IMG/VR virus record: IMGVR_UViG_3300035703_000022
Location: 64,001 to 128,000 of that record
Source of the DNA: a virus
Reading direction: 5' to 3' (one strand)
Length of the DNA stretch: 64,000 nt
A program made the translations under genes and the position numbers. This document shows, piece by piece, positions 27,268-37,542 of the stretch (the stretch's first letter is position 1; each line of letters opens with the position of its first letter). Under the pieces are notes generated by a model, which had not been told where the DNA came from, ran no database searches, and was given only the letters and a program-made list of their open reading frames with translations.

Positions 27268-28111
27268 TACTTCTAGTTTAAGACCTATAATCGGAAATAA
27301 TCCGATTAACGTTCCAAATTCAAACATCAATAAAATTGCTGGTCCTTCTGTAATTTCCACCATAGAGAAACCAGCAATTCGTGATGTTGATGCACCAGTA
27401 GTTCGTGGATTAGAAGTTCCTATTGTCGATGTACCAAATACAGGAATACCATATCCAGTCATTAATGTTCCAACTCAAGCAGAGTTTGATGCTGCAGTAA
27501 AAGCAGAAAGAGAAAAGCAAGCAGCAGAACAGCAAGAAAAAACAAGAGGATTACCAGATACTACCCCTCCACCTCAACTGCCTCAGGTTGCTCAAACCCC
27601 TCCCATTCCTGAGGTAAAAACAGAGATCCCTGCAGACAAACCCAGCATAACGATAGCAGGATTAAATATAGATCTACCAGATCCATCTCTGGTAGCGACA
27701 GCAGGTTCTGTGGCAGTTGTTACTACTGCTGCGACAATGGTGGCTACAACGGCATTCAATACTCTCAAGAACGCTGCCGAACCACTCATCAAAGAAGCAA
27801 CCAAAAAGAAATTTAAACTCAAGATCAAACAAGTCAAACCCGTGTTACACTATGTACTAGCGGAAGGAGGGCATATCGATGTATTTGAATACTCAGCTGA
27901 AGGCACAAGACTAGTAGAACAAGTCGATAACGTAGAACAATATATTCGAGATCAAGTTGAAATAAACTCTCTCTATGAGATTGATAATAAAATAATTATT
28001 GATGATGTTATTGCGGACAAATTTACAAAAGAGGGGCAAAAGAGATTCAAACCTCTATTTGCCCCTGCTAAAAAGATTGCGAAGAAATTATCTGCTAAGT
28101 TCTCAATCTGA
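27245..28111 (+). CDS. Pro-rich hypothetical protein with a TM segment
   Basis: 288-aa ORF. Confidence 0.78.
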   Translation: MEPIKPIDTSSLRPIIGNNPINVPNSNINKIAGPSVISTIEKPAIRDVDAPVVRGLEVPIVDVPNTGIPYPVINVPTQAEFDAAVKAEREKQAAEQQEKTRGLPDTTPPPQLPQVAQTPPIPEVKTEIPADKPSITIAGLNIDLPDPSLVATAGSVAVVTTAATMVATTAFNTLKNAAEPLIKEATKKKFKLKIKQVKPVLHYVLAEGGHIDVFEYSAEGTRLVEQVDNVEQYIRDQVEINSLYEIDNKIIIDDVIADKFTKEGQKRFKPLFAPAKKIAKKLSAKFSI

Positions 28112-28234
28112 AAATTTATCTACAATCCAAGAGATTACCAAAACTGGAATATAAACCACAATATTATAGAGAATGTCTACAAAGATGTTATCTTTCTCTT
28201 CTTTACGTTTGTCCTTTGATGGTACTGTTGTCAT
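28103..28234 (-). CDS. Small membrane peptide
   Basis: MTTVPSKDKRKEEKDNIFVDILYNIVVYIPVLVISWIVDKFSD. Confidence 0.5.
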   Translation of the reverse strand: MTTVPSKDKRKEEKDNIFVDILYNIVVYIPVLVISWIVDKFSD

Positions 28235-28334
28235 TTTGTAACACCTTAAACAAATTTTTACTATTTAACAAAATAAAATAATATTGTAAATATTTTTTAA
28301 GTTTTTGTATCGATCTCCTGATATAATCAATCCA

Positions 28335-29081
28335 TCAATACTTACCTTCGGTGCAGTACTGAAGTTTCTTATTTGGATAATAAGGGTACAAACCATCTTG
28401 TGGTTTCATCCATCCACAACCAATCAACCACTCTTTAGTCATTGGCGTTGGTATAACTTGTTCCCACAATGGACCTTGTGCTGCCATTTCAAGATACCTA
28501 GCAGTCTGGTTAAGTTGCTCTTCTGCCCAGTTGGCATCTGCTTCCCAAGGAATAGCACGACTCTGCATCATTGACTCATAGGTTAATCTTGTATTTTTCA
28601 TTAACCAATCTGGAATTTCACTGTCCTGATGAACTTGTGCCATAAATGCAGTATTTAATCCACCACCCATAGCATCTTGAACAACATGCCAACCTTCGTG
28701 TCTTAGAGTGCCAAGAAACTCTCTTTCATCTTTTAATAGAGTTTCATTGATAAAGAAACGATTATAATTTGGTTTATAAAGTCCTACTGTTCTTGGAGTA
28801 AAATATCTTTCTGGAGCAACATAAACAGGGACTTCAAGTTTATTAAGAACAGTTATAATTCTAACTATTTCTTCTCGGAAAGGATCAAAGTCTGGATCTT
28901 TTAAGAATTCTGTTTCTGCTGATAATTTTTCTACACCTTCAGTACATTCTAAAAGTATCATGCAACCCATTGCCTCTGCACTATAAGGTCTTACTGTAGG
29001 TTGTTTTGGTTCAAGTGAATTTGCTAATACCGGAAATGTTAAAGTTAAAGATAATCCGATTGTTGCAATGAATTTTTTCAT
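28335..29081 (-). CDS. Secreted zincin-like metallopeptidase
   Basis: Signal peptide; TLRHEGWHVVQD (HExxH) and downstream WEADA. Confidence 0.7.
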   Translation of the reverse strand: MKKFIATIGLSLTLTFPVLANSLEPKQPTVRPYSAEAMGCMILLECTEGVEKLSAETEFLKDPDFDPFREEIVRIITVLNKLEVPVYVAPERYFTPRTVGLYKPNYNRFFINETLLKDEREFLGTLRHEGWHVVQDAMGGGLNTAFMAQVHQDSEIPDWLMKNTRLTYESMMQSRAIPWEADANWAEEQLNQTARYLEMAAQGPLWEQVIPTPMTKEWLIGCGWMKPQDGLYPYYPNKKLQYCTEGKY

Positions 29082-29278
29082 TCATCCCACCATCCTTCTT
29101 GTTTATGAATCCAGACTTTCAAATCTTTTACATATTTTCTCAAGATCTGGGCCTGTTCTTCATGCCAAAAATCACCCGTCTCCATAAAAAGACGGGTGTG
29201 ATTGTCTATTGCTTGTAGTATTTTATGGATCGGTCCATTCCAACACTCCCTCTTTGGAGTGTTCCATTCTCTTGGCAT
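29078..29278 (-). CDS. hypothetical protein
   Basis: 66-aa coupled ORF. Confidence 0.7.
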   Translation of the reverse strand: MPREWNTPKRECWNGPIHKILQAIDNHTRLFMETGDFWHEEQAQILRKYVKDLKVWIHKQEGWWDE

Positions 29279-29378
29279 TTGTATTCAACTGTATAAAGTT
29301 GTCCGTTGTGGATATAATCAACTTGACATAAATTAGGTCCAATCATAACATTACCAGCTATTAAAATTTCTAGTAACA

Positions 29379-29486
29379 TTATTTCTTTTTACCTCCATTC
29401 TTTGCCTTTTTGGCAGTAGCGTTACCTTGATTTTGTTTTTTATTTCCAGAAGAACCTTTTTTACCTTTGTTAGCAGACTTTGACAT
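29379..29486 (-). CDS. Lys/Gly-rich 35-aa basic peptide
   Basis: MSKSANKGKKGSSGNKKQNQGNATAKKAKNGGKKK, coupled to the upstream stop. Confidence 0.55.
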   Translation of the reverse strand: MSKSANKGKKGSSGNKKQNQGNATAKKAKNGGKKK

Positions 29487-29908
29487 CAGAGGTCTCCTCT
29501 TTGGAATGGTTTTTCTTCATCAACTTTCGCTTCAAGAGCTTCCACTCTTTCCTCAAGTGAGGTATCACCATATCCAGTATCAACTAAAGGCAATTCTTCA
29601 GTTGCTTCCTGAGCTGGTTCTTCCCAAAGTGGCATTCTTTCTGTAGTTGGAGGTTCTGGAGGTGATTCTACAAACTCTTCTCTCTTTGGTTCTGATTTTT
29701 TATCATCATCATCATCACCTTTCTTCATGGTATTAATACCAAAAGTGGCAGCAGACGCGGTAAAAACCGTCGCAATGAATGTTGGGTCCATCTTAGATAA
29801 CATACCAGCATAACTTGCAGTAAGTAGTGCAGCAGCCCAACCAAGAATAGCAACACGGATCACAGTGTTCATACATGCCTCTCTTTTTTTAGTCTTGTTG
29901 TTGTCCAT
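29486..29908 (-). CDS. Two-TM membrane protein (holin candidate)
   Basis: Two hydrophobic helices, acidic tail, next to the lysozyme. Confidence 0.6.
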   Translation of the reverse strand: MDNNKTKKREACMNTVIRVAILGWAAALLTASYAGMLSKMDPTFIATVFTASAATFGINTMKKGDDDDDKKSEPKREEFVESPPEPPTTERMPLWEEPAQEATEELPLVDTGYGDTSLEERVEALEAKVDEEKPFQRGDL

Positions 29909-29929
29909 TGTAGGTTTTAGTGAGTAAGG

Positions 29930-30475
29930 TTAACCTTTTTTCCAAGCTTCACCTTCTGCTTTTCTCCTACGTGCAAGTCCTGCTTCTACATTTGAACCAG
30001 GATTTCTATAGAGATAAAGCGCATCGGGAACTAGATCCCACTCTTTATTCTTCAGGCGTTTAGTAATAGTATTAAAGTTATCGCCACCGTAAAAACCGGC
30101 ACCAAGATTATAAGCAAAGCTGAGCAAAGCGCCTCTTTTTCCATCTGACATTTCATTCCAGTGTGGGATCTTACGAAGTGCAGGAAGGAATTGATTCTTG
30201 CACTGACTGATTAACAGTTCATCCGCTTCTTGCTGGGTGATATTATCACCCATTTGAAATGGTTGGCCATTCTTATTTCTAGTAGAACCCCAACCAATTG
30301 TGATTGGCAGACCACCAGTTAAAGGATCAGGATATGCCGATAAATGACATCCTTCAAATTCCTTGATTAACTTAATGCCCATCATTGGGACATCATCACT
30401 ACCACTTGCGACAGCAGGAGCAGAAGCACCACTGCCGCTATTTACTTTCCCAAAGATTTGCCACAGTGAGGGCAT
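29930..30475 (-). CDS. GH24 lysozyme/endolysin domain
   Basis: LIKEFEG...YPDP...TIGWG, ALLSFAYNLG, GLARRRKAE. Confidence 0.92.
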   Translation of the reverse strand: MPSLWQIFGKVNSGSGASAPAVASGSDDVPMMGIKLIKEFEGCHLSAYPDPLTGGLPITIGWGSTRNKNGQPFQMGDNITQQEADELLISQCKNQFLPALRKIPHWNEMSDGKRGALLSFAYNLGAGFYGGDNFNTITKRLKNKEWDLVPDALYLYRNPGSNVEAGLARRRKAEGEAWKKG

Positions 30476-30672
30476 ACATCACCGGAAGGTGCCGCAGAAG
30501 GACTAGATGAACCAGAAGAAGACTTCTTACCTCTGTAAATTTCAGCCCATTCAGCACTATCATTAAGTACATCATTTGGAAAATTATCTTCCATCCATTG
30601 TACTGCTTTCACATGATTTGGATTTCTATCGTCGTAGAACTTAAAAAAGTTGTGTAGATCTACTCTTGCCAT
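30442..30672 (-). CDS. Endolysin-associated N-terminal domain (frameshift partner of the lysozyme)
   Basis: MARVDLHNFFKFYDDRNPNHVKAVQWMEDN, paralogous to the N-terminus of the adjacent peptidase; SD GGAG. Confidence 0.8.
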   Translation of the reverse strand: MARVDLHNFFKFYDDRNPNHVKAVQWMEDNFPNDVLNDSAEWAEIYRGKKSSSGSSSPSAAPSGDVCPHCGKSLGK

Positions 30673-30686
30673 TTGTTGTTCTCCTA

Positions 30687-31358
30687 TCAATCGAAAATAC
30701 GACCCCAACCATCGTTACCGCCTGGGTTCCAACGATGCTTAAGAACTGCTTTGGTGTAAATGGTCTTCTTACCATTCGTAACTGGACCACTATAGTTATC
30801 GTTTAGAGAACCATATGGGTCATTAACATAGTATCCTTTGCCATCTGGTGTCTTACCAATCACTACACACATGTGACCACCAGTAGGATTAGATAAAGAG
30901 CCGCGATGTAGGATGCCGATAACGACAGGTTTCCCAGCATCAAGACTCTTATCAATGTCAGCAAAAGAAAGATTGTAACTAAAGTGTGACTTAACACCAT
31001 AACCTGCCAGAACTTTCGTCTGTACGGCATGATCAGTTGTATCACCGATTGCAAATACTTTCTTAACATACTCATCATCGCCTTTAATGCTTCCTGGTTT
31101 AAGGAATGCAAGACACATAGCACATGAAGAACTGTTACAAGTTCTATGTGCATCTCTGTAATTATCTACTTGATTGAAGTATGGAACATCTAAAACTGCT
31201 GGTACAGGAGGAGCAGTTCTAAAAATACTTACCCAATCAGATTGAGAATCATCTAAAAATTTTTCTGGAAGATTATCTTCTAGCCACTGTACTGCCGCTA
31301 CATGATTGGCATTTTTATCATCATAATACTTAAAAAAGTTATGAAGATCTAGTGTCAT
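30687..31358 (-). CDS. Peptidase C39-like protein
   Basis: VPYFNQ, CNSSSCAM, GHMCVVIG, VNDPYG. Confidence 0.85.
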   Translation of the reverse strand: MTLDLHNFFKYYDDKNANHVAAVQWLEDNLPEKFLDDSQSDWVSIFRTAPPVPAVLDVPYFNQVDNYRDAHRTCNSSSCAMCLAFLKPGSIKGDDEYVKKVFAIGDTTDHAVQTKVLAGYGVKSHFSYNLSFADIDKSLDAGKPVVIGILHRGSLSNPTGGHMCVVIGKTPDGKGYYVNDPYGSLNDNYSGPVTNGKKTIYTKAVLKHRWNPGGNDGWGRIFD

Positions 31359-31407
31359 CTTCTTCTCCTATAAAGTTTGAAAAAATATAATATTTTCAAT
31401 CACTATT

Positions 31408-31836
31408 TTAATTAAAATTGCCATAATCTGCTCTCATATATCGTCCTAAAATATTACTATTGTAGTATAATGGGATTCCATCTCCAAGAGATTCTTTCAA
31501 TACATTATTTAGAAAAAGTTGTCTAGTTTCTTCATAATTACAGCTCATTTTTGTATCATGAAGACTCAAAATAACTCTATTAAAAATTTCTTTTCCAAAT
31601 TTCTTTACATCATCTTTCAATTCAAAACAGGAACCGTAATATTTTTTCCAATCAGATTCTTGCTTTACTTTTCTTTTCTTACCCGGTGGTTTTCTATAAG
31701 ACCAAAAATACTTTCTACCAATATACTTTCTACCGTTGGACTGATTGGTAATAAGATAAACAAACCCAAAGTTGTTTTCTATATTATCAGAATCAAAAAT
31801 TTGGCCATTAAATGTCCAAGGGTTCTCATAACTCAT
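31408..31836 (-). CDS. GIY-YIG nuclease (T4 endonuclease II-like)
   Basis: GFVYLITN..GRKYIGRK, YYGS, YYNSNI. Confidence 0.75.
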   Translation of the reverse strand: MSYENPWTFNGQIFDSDNIENNFGFVYLITNQSNGRKYIGRKYFWSYRKPPGKKRKVKQESDWKKYYGSCFELKDDVKKFGKEIFNRVILSLHDTKMSCNYEETRQLFLNNVLKESLGDGIPLYYNSNILGRYMRADYGNFN

Positions 31837-31901
31837 AAAGCCTTTAGAATCACTAAGCCTTATTTATCCTTTGAACCCGGACAGAGTTATTTTATTATAA
31901 G

Positions 31902-32663
31902 TCAAGAGGCTATGTCAAGTATTTTTTGTTCATCTATAAAATTAATTAAAGTTTCTGCCCAAAATTTATGAAAAGGTTCTGGTAGATGCTTTGACCATCT
32001 AGGATCTTTTATGATATTTCTCCAATCTTCATGATGACTGGCAACCCCCCAATAAGAATATGAAGAATATACATCATTTGATTTTGATTGATCATATAGA
32101 TTAGTTTTAGTACTATGATGACCAAAAAAGTTTTTCTTATGAATTAGATTCCAATTTCCAAGATACCAATAACTACTTGCGTGAAATACGTATGGTATGT
32201 TATACTGATCACATATAGTTTGTATAATAAAAATTTGAGATAAGGCTTTATAATTCAAAAAATCATCGGTATTCGATTTTATATAATCTTCATATGGTCT
32301 AATGAAATCAGTATCAACCAATAATTGTTTTTCAGTATGTTCATTTTGAAATAATATGGAAGGACAACAGTGATAAATTTTTTCCGGTAACTTAATATAA
32401 GTTCTAGCAGGATCACAAAAATTACAAAGAACAAATACATTCTGATTTTTTATTATTGCATGTTGAATTCTTATCATAAACTGACGAATTATCCAATCAT
32501 TACTGCCACCAGAGACAGCAAAATTTTCATAATCAAATCCATAATGTTTGGCAATATATGCGGGATAAGCTTTATCAAAAGATTTTGGTGAATATTGCTC
32601 CTCTATTTCTGCACCTGCAGTATGACTATCTCCAAAAGCAAGTAATATCCTTTTCATGTCCAT
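31902..32663 (-). CDS. SGNH/GDSL-like protein
   Basis: AFGDSHTAG, NFAVSGGSN, C-terminal His. Confidence 0.7.
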   Translation of the reverse strand: MDMKRILLAFGDSHTAGAEIEEQYSPKSFDKAYPAYIAKHYGFDYENFAVSGGSNDWIIRQFMIRIQHAIIKNQNVFVLCNFCDPARTYIKLPEKIYHCCPSILFQNEHTEKQLLVDTDFIRPYEDYIKSNTDDFLNYKALSQIFIIQTICDQYNIPYVFHASSYWYLGNWNLIHKKNFFGHHSTKTNLYDQSKSNDVYSSYSYWGVASHHEDWRNIIKDPRWSKHLPEPFHKFWAETLINFIDEQKILDIAS

Positions 32664-34123
32664 ATCTTAATTTGATGAATTTCTTCCCATGTATATACCT
32701 GATTTATATCATTAATAATGGGTTCTCCCTTTATATTTAAACTAGTATTCAGAATCATAGGACATCCAGTTTTTTCATACCATATTTCCAAAAGTTCTCT
32801 AAACTGTGGATTATTTTTCTTTGATAATGTTTGAACTCGACTTGTATTGTCAAGGTGAACTATCGCTGGATATAAATCTGGCCTTTTACATTTAGCAGTA
32901 AATTGCATATATGGAGTTTTGTTAGTAGGCATTTCAAAATATTGATTAGCCATCTCCTCCAAAATTACAGGAGCAAATGGTCTAAATGATTCTCTTTTTT
33001 TAATTGAATTTACCAAATTCTTAATATCATCTCCTCTCGGATCTGCTATTAAACTTCTATTACCTAAAGATCTTGGACCAAACTCTGCACGACCTCTAGC
33101 TATTCCACATATTTTGTTTTCTATGAGATGATTAACTATTTCATGGTTAGATGATTTGTAACCCAAATCAAATCCCAAATAGGGTCCAGACCACTCTATA
33201 TGTTTTTTACTATGTGATAACACCGATCCAATAGAACTACCATCATCTCCTGGTGCAGGCATAATCCATACGTTATCAAAATATTTGTAACAAATAGAAT
33301 TAGCCACACAATTTAAAGCGCATCCCCCCATCAACACTAAATTTTTATTTCTAGATATTGATAGTGATTTGATTAGAACTCTTTCAAATAAAAATTCATA
33401 TACGCTTTGAGTAGCTGCAGCAATATCAAAAATATCTCTTTGAGAATTAAGATCCGGTCTCCACCATCGACATCCTCTGTGGAGATTATATTTAATTTTA
33501 AAAGGGTCTTCTTCTGAGAGATCTATAAAGTCTTCGAGGATGTCTGAAAATAGTCTAGAAGGGTCTCCAAAGGCGGACATGCCCATAAGGATGTATTCCT
33601 CTTCATTAGGCTTTAATCCACATCTCTGGGTCATTGCGGAGTACCATAGACCCAAACTGGAGGGATATAAGTGCGAATATAGTTTTTTAAGTTCTTTTCC
33701 CTTTCCCTCCCATATGGTAAAAGTATCAAACTCACCGATAGCATCCAATACAATTACCGTAGCGTCAGTAAATGGACTGGTATAATATCCAGCAGCAGCA
33801 TGACTGCGATGATGATTTGAGTATTTAATAGGAACTTTCAGTGAAGTTTTATCAAAAATATATTTTGGTATATTATTTTCATTTAAACAATATCCTTGTC
33901 CAGAAAATATTTGTCTTAATGTTTTTAATCTAGGACTTTCATACCAATAAATCTGATTTGGTTCACCAAAACTTAATGCATAATCAACCAAACACCTGTT
34001 GATATGTGGATCATTTTTTATTTTACTAAATCTCTCACTAGAACTAGCAAAGACCAAACAGTCATCTTGAAAGATACTTAAAGCAGCGTTATGACTATTT
34101 GATGATATTCCCCATTTAATCAC
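32654..34123 (-). CDS. Carbamoyltransferase (NodU/CmcH family)
   Basis: HNAA, ERFSKIK, HHRSHAA, GGCALN, EFGPRSLGNRS, RESFRPFAP, LNTSLN. Confidence 0.95.
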   Translation of the reverse strand: MIKWGISSNSHNAALSIFQDDCLVFASSSERFSKIKNDPHINRCLVDYALSFGEPNQIYWYESPRLKTLRQIFSGQGYCLNENNIPKYIFDKTSLKVPIKYSNHHRSHAAAGYYTSPFTDATVIVLDAIGEFDTFTIWEGKGKELKKLYSHLYPSSLGLWYSAMTQRCGLKPNEEEYILMGMSAFGDPSRLFSDILEDFIDLSEEDPFKIKYNLHRGCRWWRPDLNSQRDIFDIAAATQSVYEFLFERVLIKSLSISRNKNLVLMGGCALNCVANSICYKYFDNVWIMPAPGDDGSSIGSVLSHSKKHIEWSGPYLGFDLGYKSSNHEIVNHLIENKICGIARGRAEFGPRSLGNRSLIADPRGDDIKNLVNSIKKRESFRPFAPVILEEMANQYFEMPTNKTPYMQFTAKCKRPDLYPAIVHLDNTSRVQTLSKKNNPQFRELLEIWYEKTGCPMILNTSLNIKGEPIINDINQVYTWEEIHQIKIWT

Positions 34124-34224
34124 TTGTATATAAAAGGATCACGTTTTTGTAAATTTTTTAATCTCTTTTTAAAATTTATTTCTTTTTTCCAATTAGAAAT
34201 AAGATTCCAAAGTTTCTTAATCAT
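34120..34224 (-). CDS. 34-aa basic peptide ending DPFIYK (copy 1)
   Basis: MIKKLWNLISNWKKEINFKKRLKNLQKRDPFIYK; GTGA overlap with the carbamoyltransferase start. Confidence 0.8.
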   Translation of the reverse strand: MIKKLWNLISNWKKEINFKKRLKNLQKRDPFIYK

Positions 34225-34304
34225 TGAAAATTTATATCACTAAAATTTATTTAGATACAAAAAAGGAGGTCGGTTGACCTCCAGGAGTCATATTTTAATT
34301 GTTC

Positions 34305-35219
34305 TCAACGAACATTCTTTGCGTACCACTTTTCAAAATCTTCTCTACGCTTGTCACCTCTTGGTGGCATAGGAGTCTTTTCACCACGGACTTTGCCGTA
34401 CTTCTTTTCGTTTTCCTTCTCTTCATCTTCTTCATGTTTCTCTGGATTTTCACGAGCTTCTTGAGCCTCATCCAGAATTTCAACTCCATAAGATTCTAGA
34501 ATGGAAGATCTCCAATCTTCACTCATGTTTGCCATCATTACGAGCGCATTCTCTTCAGTCTCTGCATAACCCTCACCAAGTAAATGTCCTTTGATAAGAT
34601 CAAAGATATCTACACCTGCTTTTACAACAGTAGGAGTTTTTTCTGCGGCTGCAGTCCCCTTGTTATAGAGAACTTTATTAACTTCAGCTCTAGAACCACC
34701 TTCTTTTCTGATTTTTTGAGCTTGAGCAAGTTTTGGATTTGCTTTTGCCCATGCATCCATTGCAGATCCTGCTGGTTTCGCTGGTGCTGATGGAGCGGTT
34801 GGTTTTGGTGCAGCAGATGCAGCAGGTTTTGCAACAGGGGCAGCGGCAGGTTTAGGAGATGTAGCAGGAGCTGGAGCAGGTTTTGCAGCAGGGGCAGCGG
34901 CAGGTTTAGGAGATGCAGCAGGTTTTGTAGCAGGAGTAGTTGGTTTGATTACTCCACCACCTCTAACATTTCTGTTTCTTGTTATTGGCGCCTCTGGTTT
35001 TTTTCCTGCTGCATTTCCATAAAGAAGAGTATTACCTAAAGCAACTCTATTTTTAGAGACAGTGGCATCATAAGCCGCTCTAGCTTTTGGATCTGTGGGA
35101 GCACCACGTTCCATAAGTTGTTCTACACCCTCTTCTACAATTTCTTCATTAAGAACCTCAGTGGTCTCATAAACTTTCGAATAGGCCTCAAAGAGACCTC
35201 TGATGTCTTGTCCTTCCAT
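34305..35219 (-). CDS. Hypothetical protein with Pro/Ala/Lys repeats (possible internal head protein)
   Basis: PAAKPA repeats between acidic segments. Confidence 0.75.
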   Translation of the reverse strand: MEGQDIRGLFEAYSKVYETTEVLNEEIVEEGVEQLMERGAPTDPKARAAYDATVSKNRVALGNTLLYGNAAGKKPEAPITRNRNVRGGGVIKPTTPATKPAASPKPAAAPAAKPAPAPATSPKPAAAPVAKPAASAAPKPTAPSAPAKPAGSAMDAWAKANPKLAQAQKIRKEGGSRAEVNKVLYNKGTAAAEKTPTVVKAGVDIFDLIKGHLLGEGYAETEENALVMMANMSEDWRSSILESYGVEILDEAQEARENPEKHEEDEEKENEKKYGKVRGEKTPMPPRGDKRREDFEKWYAKNVR

Positions 35220-35316
35220 TTTTATGCAATAAAAAGTACTTTTATAATGTTATTTATTATTCTTACCAATTTATCAATCAATAAATATAAAAATAGGGAA
35301 AGACTGAGGAAAATTA

Positions 35317-36267
35317 ATGTCTAGACTCGGGATCAACACTGGTAGTAATCCTAATGATGGTCAAGGTGATCCATTAAGAGTTGCAATGGGCAAAATTAAT
35401 AGTAATTTTGCAGAAATTTATAATTCTTTTGGTGATGGATTTAGTCTAATTAGCTATGCAAGTACTGCTGGAATTTCATCAGTTGCAAGAAATTTAACTG
35501 GAAGTCCAAGAATAAACGTTAGTGGTATTTTAAATACCGGCATCACAACAACAGAACATATAGAAGTAACAAATATAACCTCCACAGGAATAATTACTGC
35601 AACTCAATTTGTGGGAGATGGATCTCAACTTACAAATGTTACTGCTCTTGTTGGTGGATTGGAAGTATTAGATGATAATGTAAGAAAGGGAGTTGCAAGA
35701 GAACTTAATTTTGGCGATAATATAATTTCTTCCGGACCAAATAATGTAGGAAGAGTTACTATTTCTGTAACATCAACACCATTTTCAGAAGCTTCTGGAT
35801 TTGCTGACTCTGCAAATTATGCAGAAAATTCTGGACTTGCTGATGTTGCAAATTATGCAGAAGTGTCAGGCATATCCACAAACTCTCTTTTTGCGACAAC
35901 TTCTGGTTCACTCACAGGAAGTCCAGATATTACGGTAGGAGTTGTTACCGCAAATCTATTTGTTGGTGATGGTTCTGGTATATTCAATCTTAATACTACC
36001 AATGTATCATATTGGATTCTCAACAACTCTGGAATTCATACATTTTCAAACGTCGGAATAGGCACGACAAATCCAACAATAAAATTAGATGTTGTTGGAG
36101 ACGGCAAGTTTAGTGGTATAGTTACCGCCACAAATTTTGATAGTCTACAAGATATTAGAGTTGGATTTAATACTTCTTATGGATTAATTTTAACTTCTCC
36201 AAATGGCACCAAGTATCGTCTGGTTGTTGATGACATTGGAGTTTTAAGTACAGTTCTTGTTGAATAA
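35317..36267 (+). CDS. Virion structural protein with T4 gp9/gp10-like N-terminus
   Basis: INTGSNPNDGQGDPLRVAMGKINSNF; GIGTTNP fibre motif. Confidence 0.75.
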   Translation: MSRLGINTGSNPNDGQGDPLRVAMGKINSNFAEIYNSFGDGFSLISYASTAGISSVARNLTGSPRINVSGILNTGITTTEHIEVTNITSTGIITATQFVGDGSQLTNVTALVGGLEVLDDNVRKGVARELNFGDNIISSGPNNVGRVTISVTSTPFSEASGFADSANYAENSGLADVANYAEVSGISTNSLFATTSGSLTGSPDITVGVVTANLFVGDGSGIFNLNTTNVSYWILNNSGIHTFSNVGIGTTNPTIKLDVVGDGKFSGIVTATNFDSLQDIRVGFNTSYGLILTSPNGTKYRLVVDDIGVLSTVLVE

Positions 36268-36285
36268 TTAATTATAAATTAATCT

Positions 36286-37542
36286 TCATTCAGGTTTTGG
36301 TTTAGTTTTAATGACACTCCAAATCCTTTGAAGCTCTGGGAATGTTTCAATAACATTTTCATTTCTAATTTTATCAAACTTTCTCATAGAATCTAAAAAT
36401 TGAGGAATCAATCGTTGTTCTTGATATAAGTCAATATACGTTATTAAACTCTCATAAAAAACTACAGATCTTTTTGATTTATTTGGAATTAAAAAATTAT
36501 CAATGTGATTTCTTATATTTTGTTTTGCAGCTTCTTTTGTTTTTTTATCCAAAATCCAAACAGACATTTCTCTTGGAGTTTGCATAAAATTTAAAAAGAA
36601 AAAATCTATATCTTTCATAAGACCACTATTATACAAATATTGGTGTAAATCAACTATTTCAAAAATATTCAATGCCTGAACTGTACAATCAAAATGTAAT
36701 CTATGTGTAATTGATTTATTTTTAAATGTTTCAATAAATTGTTCGGCATGAGACACAAATTTATCCCATTTGAATCCCTTTCGAATTAATTCACCTTTAG
36801 CTCCCATTCCATCAACACTAATGTGAACCTCTACACTTCTATTAAATTTATCCCAGACATCAAAAATGTGTCTACCCTTGTAAACAAGATTACTGAAGTT
36901 GCTATTATAGGCTAGAGTTACTTCATTATTTCTACGTAGTTCAATTAGTTTATCCAATATTTTCCAGTGTTCATCTATAATTAGAGATTCACCTCCAGAA
37001 AAATATAAATGTTTTACCATTTTTAAATATGGTTCGGATTCTTCGTAAGTTTTTTCCGAAGCATTCCATCTACCAGAAATTACGCCATTTTGTTCTAATT
37101 CAAAACTGGAACTAGAAGTCCAACTACACATTCTACATTTGAAATTACACTTATTACTTAGTTTTAAATCCCACCAAATAAATCCCGGTCTATTGACAGT
37201 ATAATCAGCATTCGTATCGTATATAATTCTTTTATTATCCGAAAACAAATTATTAATAAAGTCTTGTCTTAACGAACTTTTTCCAGCGGCTTGGTTATTA
37301 TAACACACTTTACAGTGTTCACTCGGAATGTCATTCAACATATTTTCCCGAAGTTTTTTTATTGGATCATCATTCCAGATCTCCCATAAAGATTTTTTTT
37401 TAATATCTCCATAAGTATATTCAGAAACGCAACATGGTTTGACTTCACCATCTTGTCTAATATCCAAAGCCATCCAAGGAGCAACGCAGAAAACTTTTCC
37501 GTTTATATTGACTTTATTTTTATCAATCTTCTTATTAAACAT
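36286..37542 (-). CDS. Radical SAM protein with N-terminal twitch/SPASM-like domain
   Basis: CVAPW..VKPCC..IWN..CKVC, then CNFKCRMC and SGGE. Confidence 0.9.
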   Translation of the reverse strand: MFNKKIDKNKVNINGKVFCVAPWMALDIRQDGEVKPCCVSEYTYGDIKKKSLWEIWNDDPIKKLRENMLNDIPSEHCKVCYNNQAAGKSSLRQDFINNLFSDNKRIIYDTNADYTVNRPGFIWWDLKLSNKCNFKCRMCSWTSSSSFELEQNGVISGRWNASEKTYEESEPYLKMVKHLYFSGGESLIIDEHWKILDKLIELRRNNEVTLAYNSNFSNLVYKGRHIFDVWDKFNRSVEVHISVDGMGAKGELIRKGFKWDKFVSHAEQFIETFKNKSITHRLHFDCTVQALNIFEIVDLHQYLYNSGLMKDIDFFFLNFMQTPREMSVWILDKKTKEAAKQNIRNHIDNFLIPNKSKRSVVFYESLITYIDLYQEQRLIPQFLDSMRKFDKIRNENVIETFPELQRIWSVIKTKPKPE

